Positions 39,861 through 49,557 are shown, counted from the stretch's first letter. The stretch: 64,000 nt of DNA from an uncultured Desulfurococcales archaeon (GCA_964406965.1 CAYOTT010000002.1:72712-136711); one strand, 5' to 3'. The notes: generated from the letters alone by a model not told the origin. Made by a program: numbers and translations.

Positions 39861-41492
39861 CTAAGTATTCATGTAAGGCCATTTCCATTTCTTTGGCGGC
39901 TTAAGGTTTTCCTTTACTGCTCTTAAAGTGACCCATTTAAGTAGGTTAAGCCACCACCCGGCCTTATCGTTTGTTCCAGAAGCTCTAGAGCCTCCGAAAG
40001 GCTGTCTATTAACTATTGCCCCCGTTGGCTTATCGTTTATGTAGAAGTTTCCAGCAGCCCATCTTAGAATTTTCTCAGCGATCATTATTGCTTCGCGTTC
40101 TCTAGCGAAAATAGAGCCCGTTAGGCCGTAAGGTGATGTTTCATTGCATAGCTTTAATGTTTCCTCATACTTATCGTCATCGTAGACGTATACTGTAAGT
40201 ACTGGTCCGAAAATTTCTTCCTCCATTAATTTACCTTTGGGCTTCCTAGAAATAATTACTGTTGGCCACACAAAGTATCCTTTACCATCATCATATTTTC
40301 CACCATAAACTATCTCGTAATCTTCAGGGTGTGCCTTAGCGTATTCGATATAGCTTACAACTTTGTCAAATGCTTCCTTAGTTATTAGGGCTCCCATAAA
40401 GTTTGAAAAATCTTCAACATCACCAACCTTTACTTTACCTAGTTCTTCTAGCAGTTTTTCCTTAAGTTTGGGCCATAAGCTCTTTGGAACATAGAGTCTT
40501 GATGCTGCTGAACACTTTTGCCCTTGATATTCAAAAGCACCTCTGATAATGGCGACTAATGCTTCATCAATATTCGCTGATTTATGTAGGAATATGAAGT
40601 CTTTGCCTCCGGTTTCACCTACAATTCTCGGAAAAGACTTGTAAACATGTATGTTTTCTCCAATTGTCTTCCATATTTTCCTAAAAGTTGCGGTACTTCC
40701 AGTAAAGTGAATACCTGCAAGACTTGGATGTGACAGAACTATTTTGGCTATTTTCTCAGCATCGCCTGGAATAAAGTTTATTACCCCTGGCGGTAAACCT
40801 GCTTCTTCAAGAATTCTCATAATGTAATAGTTTGAGTAAACTACTGGAGCTGAAGGCTTCCACACCACGACGTTACCCATCATAGCAGGTGCTGTCGGTA
40901 AATTACCGCCTATTGAGAAGAAGTTGAACGGAGTTATTGCGAAAACGAATCCTTCAAGAGGTCTCCAATCTATTCTGTTAAGTTCTCCAGTAAGCGATTC
41001 AGGCTGTTGCTCGTAAAGAAATCTCATGTAGTATGCGTTAAAACGCCAGAAATCAACAAGCTCTGCTAAGTCTATTTCAGCTTCCCTAGGAGTTTTACTT
41101 TGACATAGCATTATTGCAGCATTAACTTCAAACCTGTAAGGTCCGGCAAGTAATTCTGCAGCTTTAAGGAAAATCATTGCCCTATGATACCAGTCCATAT
41201 TAGCCCATTTATTCCAAGCCTTAAGAGCTACATCAATAGCTTTTTCAACATGTTCTTCCAAAGCCTTATGATAATAACCTAAAACCAAAGAATGATTATG
41301 TGGGCAGTGACAAACACCAAGCTCTTCAGACTTAATTTTCTTACCACCTATAACCAAGGGAATTTCCATTTTTCTGTTTTTCAGCTCCCTTAATTTCTTC
41401 ATTAGTTCCTCTCTTTCCCTAGTTCCGGGAGCATAAGTTAGAATAGGTTCGTTCTTAGGTTTAGGTATTTTAAAAACTCCTGCAGATGACAC
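39861..41492 (-). CDS. L-glutamate gamma-semialdehyde (1-pyrroline-5-carboxylate) dehydrogenase, aldehyde dehydrogenase family
   Basis: The N-terminal FKIPKPKNEPILTYAPGTRERE is typical of P5CDH. ALDH glutamate and cysteine active-site regions (catalytic Cys in QGQKCSAASR). 543 aa. Confidence 0.8.
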   Translation of the reverse strand: MSSAGVFKIPKPKNEPILTYAPGTREREELMKKLRELKNRKMEIPLVIGGKKIKSEELGVCHCPHNHSLVLGYYHKALEEHVEKAIDVALKAWNKWANMDWYHRAMIFLKAAELLAGPYRFEVNAAIMLCQSKTPREAEIDLAELVDFWRFNAYYMRFLYEQQPESLTGELNRIDWRPLEGFVFAITPFNFFSIGGNLPTAPAMMGNVVVWKPSAPVVYSNYYIMRILEEAGLPPGVINFIPGDAEKIAKIVLSHPSLAGIHFTGSTATFRKIWKTIGENIHVYKSFPRIVGETGGKDFIFLHKSANIDEALVAIIRGAFEYQGQKCSAASRLYVPKSLWPKLKEKLLEELGKVKVGDVEDFSNFMGALITKEAFDKVVSYIEYAKAHPEDYEIVYGGKYDDGKGYFVWPTVIISRKPKGKLMEEEIFGPVLTVYVYDDDKYEETLKLCNETSPYGLTGSIFAREREAIMIAEKILRWAAGNFYINDKPTGAIVNRQPFGGSRASGTNDKAGWWLNLLKWVTLRAVKENLKPPKKWKWPYMNT

Positions 41493-41663
41493 ATTTCCAC
41501 CACTACTAAATAACGAACTAAATAGACTTTAAGCATAACTTGAACCTTTAAACTTTGATGCTTTAAAGAATCACCGCTAGGCATGTGTGAAAGAAAGACT
41601 TGTTAATTAATCCTTGCTTGAAAACCTCAAGACATAATATATTGCATTTTAGGTTGGCGTTAG

Positions 41664-42050
41664 CTAGAGTTGTTTAATAAGCTGGCATTTTATGCCTACG
41701 TAAGCGGAGAAAGCTCTCATTCCCGTTAGTATTTTTTCGTAACTATACGGGCTATGTGCTGTTTCTATGAGAAATATTTTCCCTCCAATTTCATTCTCTT
41801 CAACTATGAGGAAATATATTGTCGGGGGATACACTCTTGCACTTCTAATAGCTAATGCTTTTTCAGGAGAATATTTAACTAAGCTTTCTATGCTCCCAAC
41901 CATTTCCTCTAAAATTTTGACTAAGTTTTCTACAGGTAAAAATTGAAACTCTTTACTCACTCTCCTCCTAACTTCATCTAAGCTTTTTACCTTCCAATAC
42001 TCATATTCAAAAAGAAACAAACGTTTTATAATGTTCCGTGAAATTTCCAT
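41664..42050 (-). CDS. hypothetical protein
   Basis: 128-aa ORF with good length and context, but no motif. Confidence 0.3.
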   Translation of the reverse strand: MEISRNIIKRLFLFEYEYWKVKSLDEVRRRVSKEFQFLPVENLVKILEEMVGSIESLVKYSPEKALAIRSARVYPPTIYFLIVEENEIGGKIFLIETAHSPYSYEKILTGMRAFSAYVGIKCQLIKQL

Positions 42051-42405
42051 TATCTCACAGTCTCCTATAGTTTACTAGGAACCACTAAGAACTTATAGTT
42101 TTAGCTGAAAAATTCCGGAGAAACGTAGTTAAAAGGAATTACCAAGTTATATAACTACATGCATAAAACATGAAATTTCTATTTAGAGACATTATTTTAA
42201 CCTTCAATGTAGACTATTCGCTTATTGAAGCACATCAAAAGGATCTTACGGCTCAGGGTAATTCCTTAATGAATTGTAATAGTCCGAGAAAACTATTTGT
42301 CTATTTTACCTAAACTCATTCTTTAACGATTTCCCTCCATACAATTAACTCAAGTTTAGCCGTGGTTTTGCTAGTTATTCCGGAGGATTAACGGTTTTCT
42401 TGTTT

Positions 42406-42756
42406 TCATCTTAGCTCTAGTTTAAGTCCGAGTTTTCTTAAGCGTTCAAAGTCTTTGTCTTTTGTGACTAAGACGTGATTGTTTGCAATAGCTGTTGCTG
42501 CTATGAGCAAGTTGGCGTCTGAAATCAGCAGTCCCTTCTGTTTTAGTAATGCATATAAATCACAGTATTTTAGTATTACTTTGTTATTAATGTTTAATAT
42601 GTTGAAGCTTTTTTCAAGTAATTGTTTTACCTTGTTTCTCTTTCTTGAAGATGTACCTCTAAGTATTTCTATTAGCGTGATTACAGAGATTGCTCCTTCT
42701 TCATAAATACCTTTTCTGAGATTATCTATTAATACGCTCGTATCAATTAGTTTCAT
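42406..42756 (-). CDS. vapC: PIN-domain toxin VapC
   Basis: MKLIDTSVLID N-terminal acidic residue, and the distal DANLLIAATA..VLVTKDKDF. Confidence 0.75.
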   Translation of the reverse strand: MKLIDTSVLIDNLRKGIYEEGAISVITLIEILRGTSSRKRNKVKQLLEKSFNILNINNKVILKYCDLYALLKQKGLLISDANLLIAATAIANNHVLVTKDKDFERLRKLGLKLELR

Positions 42757-42980
42757 TTAAGTTTAAACCTCCTTCTAAACTCCCTACTGGACTTCAATAT
42801 CTCCTCTAAATCTTCTTCACTAAGTAAACGTTTAAGCTCCTCAAAAGCCATTCTTGCCCTAGACGTTTTTGCCTCCCTATATAACTCTAACAAAAACTCG
42901 CTCCAATCCCTACCCTTTTTTTCCTTCTCAAGTAACTCCTTAACTTCCCTCAAAACAGATATAGTAGCATACTTCTTCAA
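42753..42980 (-). CDS. vapB: VapB-like antitoxin
   Basis: 75-aa charged helical protein immediately upstream of vapC, overlapping it by 4 nt. Confidence 0.5.
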   Translation of the reverse strand: MKKYATISVLREVKELLEKEKKGRDWSEFLLELYREAKTSRARMAFEELKRLLSEEDLEEILKSSREFRRRFKLK

Positions 42981-43564
42981 CTACACCACCACATAACTAA
43001 ATAACTAAATAACTATAAATAACTTATACCCAATATAAACCGTCAATTAACAACATAGAATTTCCTCCAGAAATTCCAGAGTGCAAGTAAACTGGTTAGA
43101 AGGAATTGTGTAATGTAATTAAGCTATTTTTCATAATAATCATAACAGTAACGTAATGCTTCACCCTCATTTCAATCCGTAATATAATGGTGGGAGATTG
43201 GGAATAATATTTAAGCAACCACAATATTGTTAATATAGGGTTGTTAAGTAATTCTTAAGCTTGTTCAATGTAATCTATGTTCTCATGTTGTTCTCATCTA
43301 AGATAGGTGTTACTGATGCAGAGGAGTTTAAGAAGACAATGTATCTCAGTGTTAATATTGTAGGTGAAAGCAAGAAACTATGTACTGAGATCTTATTTTA
43401 GTTGACAAGTTAAGATAGAAACCAATTTTCAACATTACAAGGAAGGTGTCTGTGAAAGAAGCGGAAGAGAAGAAGTATGTTTTCTTTTTTTAACAACTAC
43501 TTTAATATTTAATAATGTTTAGATGCATTTACAATTCTGCATTTTCCCTAATAGTTAATCCCTC

Positions 43565-43771
43565 ATGACAGATGGACGAGAAGCTAGTGAAGTTTTAATG
43601 CGGCCAAGATTTAAACCCAGGATCCCTGACCTAGAAAACCAGAACAACATGAAAGTAATCATACCAGGTGATATGAGGGAAATTCTAAAACGACTATCAA
43701 TCATATATATAACATTATTATTTAATGGATTATATAAAAGTTTCAAGAAGATAGTGGTCTTAGTCTACTAG
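43565..43771 (+). CDS. integrase-fragment-like ORF reading across att copy A
   Basis: The plus-frame translation across copy A, RPRFKPRIPDLENQNNMKV..DM, parallels the same frame across copy B, RRPGFEPGIADLRDQNNMKE..DM. The two differ by a codon-sized indel and conservative substitutions, which implies past coding constraint. Confidence 0.25.
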   Translation: MTDGREASEVLMRPRFKPRIPDLENQNNMKVIIPGDMREILKRLSIIYITLLFNGLYKSFKKIVVLVY

Positions 43772-43870
43772 CTAAATGGCAGTGCAGCGTAATGATGGTT
43801 GCATGGCCTTGACTTGATTAAGCTCTTAAGTACACCAGGTAGTCATCAATGGACAATTCATGGGCTACAT

Positions 43871-44266
43871 TCAATGTTTAGCATGTATTAAATCCGATAT
43901 GAATCTTAGGAAGTACTCCATAGCTTCTACCGAGTCTTCAGGTAGGGAGCTCTCTTCAACCCTATCCTCACTACCTCTATGGAAGTGTTTTGGAAATGTT
44001 CTTATATGACGATGTCTTTCATGAGGTGCACTGTCATGCCGATAGACTGTCTCATCGATGTGTCTCCTCTCGTAATGTAGGCTATACCGCCCACTAGAAC
44101 TCCAGTAAATATCAAGAAAGCTTCCATCAATAAAGACAGCGCGTACCTTAGCTATTACCCCAGAAGCTAACTCCACCTTAGCGACTTCACGTATAAGCCC
44201 CCTATATTTCTTCGAAGCGGTAGTTATGAGGTAATTGTATATGATAGTAAGTACGTCTTTCTCCAA
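43871..44266 (-). CDS. hypothetical His-rich protein (possible toxin component)
   Basis: 131 aa. It overlaps the upstream 102-aa ORF by 4 nt. Both lie inside the segment between att copies A and B. Confidence 0.35.
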   Translation of the reverse strand: MEKDVLTIIYNYLITTASKKYRGLIREVAKVELASGVIAKVRAVFIDGSFLDIYWSSSGRYSLHYERRHIDETVYRHDSAPHERHRHIRTFPKHFHRGSEDRVEESSLPEDSVEAMEYFLRFISDLIHAKH

Positions 44267-44269
44267 AAC

Positions 44270-44578
44270 CTAAAGCCTCAATGCTTCATTAAGTTTTCTC
44301 TTCTCCTCGAGAAGTCTTTTAAGCACAATTAGATCCTCCCATGCAGGATGTTCAGCGACCTTACCTCTGCGTATACGCTCCTCTAACTCCTCAGCACTTC
44401 GAACATTATATTTAGCGAGTATCTCAGCCATCTCAGCCTCTACAAGAGCAAGCCTACGTTTGAGCCATATCTCTACAGCCTCGCGCTCAAGCTTCTCTGC
44501 TGAAATCCCTAAACGACGCGCTACGGTATCTATAACTCTAGCCATACATCTACCCACATATAACTTCGTGTAGAGCAC
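44270..44578 (-). CDS. hypothetical helical protein (possible antitoxin-like partner)
   Basis: 102 aa, charged helical. It sits upstream of and overlaps the 131-aa ORF. Confidence 0.35.
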   Translation of the reverse strand: MLYTKLYVGRCMARVIDTVARRLGISAEKLEREAVEIWLKRRLALVEAEMAEILAKYNVRSAEELEERIRRGKVAEHPAWEDLIVLKRLLEEKRKLNEALRL

Positions 44579-44697
44579 GATATGTTTAGCGGATGCCCCT
44601 AAGCACTAGACTATCATTTCTGATATGCATGGTTGAAGATGGTGATACGAATTGTCGTCTATATCCGGTGTAGGGTTCTTGGGTGTGAGGAAGAGTT

Positions 44698-44747
44698 TGG
44701 TGCGGCGGCCGGGATTTGAACCCGGGATCGCCGACTTGAGGGATCAG
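44698..44747. repeat. att-type direct repeat: copy of the tRNA-Gly 3' half including CCA
   Basis: Identical 36-mer tggtgcggcggccgggatttgaacccgggatcgccg also at 45874-45909. Confidence 0.7.
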
Positions 44748-44916
44748 AACAATATGAAAGAAAACATATCAAACGATATGAAAGGTCTTCCAAGGTGATA
44801 GTCAACGAGAATAGTTACAAAAGCTATTACTTGATGGTTGATATGAGGGGGTTGTATGTCATTGGGTCATCGGAAATATTTTACATTGAGTTACTGCATT
44901 AGCTGTATGACGCTTT

Positions 44917-45420
44917 CTATTTTAGTCTTGATATTAGATCTTGCAGTACATCCTCTAAGCTTTTCCCGGACAGTAGTTTCTCTACAGCTGCAGTATCTAA
45001 TGCAATATATTTCTGTGTTTGAATCCCATGCTTAATGATGTCTTTATCCTCGGTCCATATAGGTACATCGAGTTTTAAAGCTAATGCTATAAATGGCGTA
45101 TCCTTAGGATCGAACCTTCCTGCAATGCTGTAGGCGTCTCTGAGCTTGTCTTCGTAAAGCTCTCTCGGAACTATATGTACTAGTGTGAACGCTAACATGA
45201 CTTTAGTCTCAAAGTCCTTAACAGCATGTCTCTTAAGTTTCTCCGCATGTCTATGAAATTCTATAAGTGCTTCCTCAGGCATAAAGAGACGCAGTTCATA
45301 TTCCTCGACAATGCGGTGAGCTCTAGAACGACTACCAGCTATAACAATTGTAAACAGTATATTACTATCAAGAATTAGAGCAATCCCTTCCTCCTGTACT
45401 CCTCCTCCAGCTCTTTCCAT
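44917..45420 (-). CDS. PIN-domain protein (VapC-like toxin)
   Basis: LILDSNIL near the N-terminus and DTPFIALALKLDVPIWTEDKD are PIN acidic-residue motifs. Confidence 0.6.
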   Translation of the reverse strand: MERAGGGVQEEGIALILDSNILFTIVIAGSRSRAHRIVEEYELRLFMPEEALIEFHRHAEKLKRHAVKDFETKVMLAFTLVHIVPRELYEDKLRDAYSIAGRFDPKDTPFIALALKLDVPIWTEDKDIIKHGIQTQKYIALDTAAVEKLLSGKSLEDVLQDLISRLK

Positions 45421-45602
45421 ACCTCATTCCTCGTTTCTTCAAACTCTCTAAGAGCTCTCTCTAAATCTAGGTCTATACCACCTTCAAGGTATCTAAGAAC
45501 AAGCTTCTTTGCTATCCTACGTGAAAGTCCTTCAGCAACCCAACGTACAACATCTCTTTCTGAAACATCCTTTGGAACCCTAATATTAACAATTCTAGCC
45601 AT
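45375..45602 (-). CDS. antitoxin-like small protein upstream of PIN gene
   Basis: 75 aa. It overlaps the PIN ORF. MARIVNIRVPKDVSERDVVRWVAEG is RHH/AbrB-like. Confidence 0.45.
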   Translation of the reverse strand: MARIVNIRVPKDVSERDVVRWVAEGLSRRIAKKLVLRYLEGGIDLDLERALREFEETRNEVWKELEEEYRRKGLL

Positions 45603-45873
45603 ATTCTTAACCCGTACATAACTATGCTACAAAAACACAATTAAGTTTAGCGGAGATAGAATTCCGGTAGCAAAGACCAGATTCAATGATTAATCGCTAG
45701 AAATCAATTGGAGTTACTAGAACTTGCTAGATCAGGTTCAATCAAGTAAGCATGTCTAGTATACTCGTACCTAAATCCAAGATTCAATATACATGTCTGA
45801 GGATAATGGCATGAATAACTACTTGAGTCTTACACTAGGATTGCAGAATGTGAAGAATATAACTAAAATGTTT

Positions 45874-45952
45874 TGGTGCGGCGGCCGGGATTTGAACCCG
45901 GGATCGCCGGCTTGGGGGGCCGGCGTCCTAGTCCAGGCTAGACGACCGCCGC
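45874..45952 (-). tRNA. tRNA-Gly (anticodon CCC), CCA encoded
   Basis: Reverse complement GCGGCGGTCGTCTAGCCTGGACTAGGACGCCGGCCCCCCAAGCCGGCGATCCCGGGTTCAAATCCCGGCCGCCGCACCA. It folds into a 7-bp acceptor, a D stem GTCT/GGAC, an anticodon stem CCGGC/GCCGG with loop CCCCCAA, and a T stem CCGGG/CCCGG with loop TTCAAAT. Position 33 is C rather than U. Confidence 0.7.
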
Positions 45953-45975
45953 TCAAATGTTTATTTTTCTACTTC

Positions 45976-45984
45976 TTTCTTAAA
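45976..45984 (-). promoter_or_regulatory. TATA-like box (TTTAAGAAA) centred about 28 nt upstream of the tRNA-Gly 5' end
   Basis: Minus-strand sequence gaaacTTTAAGAAAgaagtagaaaaataaacatttga precedes G1 of the tRNA. Confidence 0.3.
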
Positions 45985-46135
45985 GTTTCCTTATTATTGT
46001 TTTTAAAGGCAAATAGGGAGTTAATAATGAGTGTTAAATGTTTTGCTGATTAGTTTTGGATCCCACTAAAATAAACGGTAAATACTTATGCAATAAAAGC
46101 TACATAATAACTAAACGTTCTGCAGGTTATTTGTT

Positions 46136-47581
46136 ATGATTATTATAAGGTCGTCTAAAGGTGGAGAACTGTATGTGGACGGCTACAGGGTAAGAATTAT
46201 AGAGAAACTTCGGCTACCTTCACTTAATGAAAGGTTTAAGGCGATTAGGGAAGCATTTTGGAATACGTTTTTGCTTAAGAATGAACATGTATTTCTCGAC
46301 ATGCTTACTGATAGTGGAGTAAATGCGATGAGCGATAAGCAACTTGCTGCCATGATTACTGCTCAAGACTCCTATGCTGGGAGTAAAACATTTTATGAGT
46401 TTGTTAAGGCTGAAGAAGACGTTTTAGGATACAAGTATGTGTTACCTACTCATCAAGGTAGAGCTGCTGAGCATCTATTAGCTAAAGCTTTTATTAAGGA
46501 AGACAACGTCATACCTATGAATTACCATTTTACAACAACAAAAGTTCATTTTGAACTTGCTGGCGGGCAAGTATTGGAGCTTTACATTGATGAAGCACTA
46601 AACACTGAAAGCACTCATCCATTTAAAGGAAACATGGATCCTGAGAAATTAAGGGAAGTAATTAGAAAATATGGTAAGGAGAAAATACCGTTTGTTAGAA
46701 TGGAGGCAACAACAAATCTTATTGGTGGACAACCGTTTTCCATGGATAATTTAAGGACAATTAAGGAAATATGTGATGAACATGGAATACCTCTTGTCCT
46801 AGATGGTAGCATGATTGATTGGAATGCTTATTTGATAAAGCAAAGGGAAAGAGGGTATAGGAATAAAACAGTTGCTGAAATAGTTAAGGAAATGTGTAGT
46901 CTTGCAGACATTTTCTATGCAAGTGCTAGAAAAGCACCATGTGTTAGAGGAGGATTCATAGCAACAAACAATAAGAAGTTCTTTGAGAAACTAGAAGAAC
47001 TACTTCCAGTGTATGAAGGATTCTTTACCTATGGAGGTATGTCAATAAAGGAATTAGGTGCTATGGCTGTAGGAATAAGGGAAATGGTTGATGAATCACT
47101 AGTAGGATCTACTGTGGAGCAAATAAGGTATTTTGTTGAAAAACTTAGGAAGGAGAAAATACCTGTAGTTACTCCTCCAGGAGGATTAGGTGTACACTTA
47201 GATGCAATGAAGTTCCTACCTCACGTACCGCAAAATCAGTATCCTGCAGGAGCTTTAGCAGCAGCACTTTACATTGTTTCAGGAATAAGAGCTATGGAAA
47301 GAGGAACAATGTCCATGGAGAGAACACCCGACGGTAGAGAAGTATTCTCAGACCTAGAACTTGTTAGAATAGCTTTCCCAAGAAGAACCTACCTAAGATC
47401 ACACATAGACTACGCTGTAGACAGAATAGCTTGGCTATACGAACACAGAGAACTAATAAAGGGTTTAGAATGGGTTTACGAACCACCAGTACTTAGATTC
47501 TTCCTAGGCAAACTAAAAGACGTAGACAACTGGGGTAAAAGACTTTACAAAGCATATAGGAAAGAGTTAGGAGAATATTGA
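46136..47581 (+). CDS. tnaA: tryptophanase / beta-eliminating lyase (tryptophan indole-lyase or tyrosine phenol-lyase)
   Basis: Colinear blocks VRIIEKL, FLDMLTDSG, AYAGSKTFYEF, LGYKYVLPTHQGRAAEH, the PLP-Lys region SARKAP, and the C-terminal GLEWVYEPPVLRFFLGKLKDV. Confidence 0.8.
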   Translation: MIIIRSSKGGELYVDGYRVRIIEKLRLPSLNERFKAIREAFWNTFLLKNEHVFLDMLTDSGVNAMSDKQLAAMITAQDSYAGSKTFYEFVKAEEDVLGYKYVLPTHQGRAAEHLLAKAFIKEDNVIPMNYHFTTTKVHFELAGGQVLELYIDEALNTESTHPFKGNMDPEKLREVIRKYGKEKIPFVRMEATTNLIGGQPFSMDNLRTIKEICDEHGIPLVLDGSMIDWNAYLIKQRERGYRNKTVAEIVKEMCSLADIFYASARKAPCVRGGFIATNNKKFFEKLEELLPVYEGFFTYGGMSIKELGAMAVGIREMVDESLVGSTVEQIRYFVEKLRKEKIPVVTPPGGLGVHLDAMKFLPHVPQNQYPAGALAAALYIVSGIRAMERGTMSMERTPDGREVFSDLELVRIAFPRRTYLRSHIDYAVDRIAWLYEHRELIKGLEWVYEPPVLRFFLGKLKDVDNWGKRLYKAYRKELGEY

Positions 47582-47601
47582 ATATAACAAGTTTTTAGCA
47601 C

Positions 47602-48591
47602 TTAGCCTTTCTTTATTAGCTTCCAAACTTCTTCACTATACTGGAATATTATTGGGTAGCCTCCTGTATGTATGAAAATTACTTGCGAGCCTTGTTCCAC
47701 TACACCCTTCCTAACCAAGTCTATTAATCCCGCAAACGCCTTAGCAGTATAAACAGGGTCTAGAAGTAGTCCCTCAGTTTTAGCAACTTTAACCATAATA
47801 TCAACTACCTTCTTCGATAAAACACCATATCCCCCGAAACTGTAATCGTAAACAACTATGTCTTCGGACTTAACATCGGCTTTTAACCTATATTTCTCCA
47901 TAGTTTCTCTGATTAGCTCAATTACTTTTTTAGGTAGTTCAGGTTTTCCCATAATATCTATTCCAATGACCTTAGCGTTTACTCCTGCAAGCTTTAAACC
48001 TAAAACTAGTCCTGCTTGTGTTCCTCCAGAGCCCGAAGCGTGGACTACGTATTTGGGCTTAATGTTTAACTCTCCTAATTGCCTAACTATTTCAAAAGCC
48101 GCTTCAACATATCCTAAAATCCCTGTTGGAATAGCTCCACCCAACGGGATAACATATGGTTTCGCGCTCTTCCTCCTAAGCTCTTTAGCCACGGCATTTA
48201 GTTTCTCTAATGCTTCTTCCTTACTTTCAACGAAGGTTATTTCAGCATCATAAAGCATGTCTAACAGTAAGTTACCTTTAACCTCATAGTTCCTAGGCCA
48301 TAGAATTAAGTGCGCATTTAACCCGGCTTTCTTAGCTGCTGCAGCAGTTGTTCTAGCATGGTTTAAATGTACAGCACCAACAGTAACTAAAGTATCACAC
48401 CCCATAGCTAAAGCTTCACCAACAATAAACTCAAGCTTCCTAACCTTATTACCACCCATAGCAAACTCAATAGCATCATCCCTTTTAACATAAACTTCAA
48501 CACCCAATTCCTCACTAAGCTTCTCAGCTTTCTCAAGCAAAGTAGGCTTATGGAAAAGATTAAACCTAGGAACACCTTTAACCACATGCAT
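47602..48591 (-). CDS. PLP-dependent ACC deaminase / D-cysteine desulfhydrase family protein
   Basis: YVKRDD...GGNKVRKLEF (PLP-Lys in GGNKxRKL) and a glycine-rich HASGSGGTQAG loop. Confidence 0.75.
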   Translation of the reverse strand: MHVVKGVPRFNLFHKPTLLEKAEKLSEELGVEVYVKRDDAIEFAMGGNKVRKLEFIVGEALAMGCDTLVTVGAVHLNHARTTAAAAKKAGLNAHLILWPRNYEVKGNLLLDMLYDAEITFVESKEEALEKLNAVAKELRRKSAKPYVIPLGGAIPTGILGYVEAAFEIVRQLGELNIKPKYVVHASGSGGTQAGLVLGLKLAGVNAKVIGIDIMGKPELPKKVIELIRETMEKYRLKADVKSEDIVVYDYSFGGYGVLSKKVVDIMVKVAKTEGLLLDPVYTAKAFAGLIDLVRKGVVEQGSQVIFIHTGGYPIIFQYSEEVWKLIKKG

Positions 48592-48804
48592 ACTCTAAAA
48601 CCCAAGTTCACTAAGCACAAAAATAGACTAATATTACTTACTACCACATTAAAAATTAAAGTACCCCCACAAACCACTACTAATAGTAGAGTGATGACCT
48701 CGGCAGGGCTGACCCTAAAAGGGAATGATTGAGGTCTTGAGTACTGATGTTTCCTTGGTTAAAATGACGGAAAATATATTGCTCTGAGAAAAATTATTCA
48801 GTAC

Positions 48805-49557
48805 CTATAATCGCCTCATTAAAACCCTCCTATTAGTAATAATTGCTAATGCCATGAACATTATAGTTAGAAAGGAAAGGACTACTATGTCCATTAAAGG
48901 ACTAAGTAGTGAGTTATAACCATAGGTATAATTAATTAAGTCTGAGAAATAAGTTAGGGGCGAGATAAAGGCGAAGGGCTTAATATAGTGAGGCAAATCT
49001 GATATGGGTATGAAGATTCCGCTTATGAATATTAACGGCAACCTAACAGCACTTGATATCATTACTGCATCTGCTGGTACATTAGATGGCACCGCTGAAA
49101 ACAATAATCCCATAAATGAGTAACATAGTGAAGAGATAACTATCCCGAGAATTAGCAATATTAAATCAAGCGGTATAATGTTGATGATTAAACCAACTAT
49201 TACGAGAATAGACGAGATAAAGATGCCGAAGAGGGTCGATGCTAGTGCTGTACCGAGTAATATGATGTGTATCGTAACTGGTCTGCTAAGAAGCATTTCT
49301 AAGGTCTTTTGTCTGGCCTCCCAAGGCATTACTATAGGGGTGATGGATGATGAAGTGAAAAAGGAAGATAATGCAATAAGCATCGGCAGGCTTCTAGTAA
49401 ATGAAAATCCCCTACCGACTATGAATGCAAGCCATATAAATAAAGGCATGAGAATTCCCATAACTACTGTGGGGCCTTTAAAATAGTAAAGCTTCATATC
49501 CTTAAAGCATAAGATCCATATTCTATTTAAATACTGCTTAACGTTCCTAAATTTCAT
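48805..49557 (-). CDS. ABC-2 type transporter permease
   Basis: 250 aa, 6 TM. It overlaps the upstream ATPase gene by 4 nt. Confidence 0.65.
   Translation of the reverse strand: MKFRNVKQYLNRIWILCFKDMKLYYFKGPTVVMGILMPLFIWLAFIVGRGFSFTRSLPMLIALSSFFTSSSITPIVMPWEARQKTLEMLLSRPVTIHIILLGTALASTLFGIFISSILVIVGLIINIIPLDLILLILGIVISSLCYSFMGLLFSAVPSNVPADAVMISSAVRLPLIFISGIFIPISDLPHYIKPFAFISPLTYFSDLINYTYGYNSLLSPLMDIVVLSFLTIMFMALAIITNRRVLMRRL

Larger units (their letters stand above)
43586..45923. mobile_element. stacked remnants of integrative elements at the 3' end of tRNA-Gly: three copies of the tRNA 3'-half att sequence delimit two cargo segments of about 1.1 kb each
   Basis: 45874-45909 equals 44698-44733 (36/36), with about 44/50 identity over 50 nt. 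A degenerate third copy at about 43599-43655 is about 75% identical and carries a 3-nt deletion. The segments between copies hold only a toxin-antitoxin pair or two small ORFs. Confidence 0.45.

Noticed and set aside
45874-45952. Alternative reading of the tRNA anticodon loop as a 9-nt loop (non-functional tRNA)
   Set aside because: Adding the C34-G42 pair gives a normal 5-bp stem plus the 26-44 pair and a 7-nt loop with anticodon CCC. The only oddity is C rather than U at position 33.
45793-46053. 86-aa plus-strand ORF overlapping the tRNA-Gly gene antisense
   Set aside because: Most of its length is the antisense tRNA and its promoter. Its frame across the att sequence is not the conserved one. 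It was rejected as a gene.
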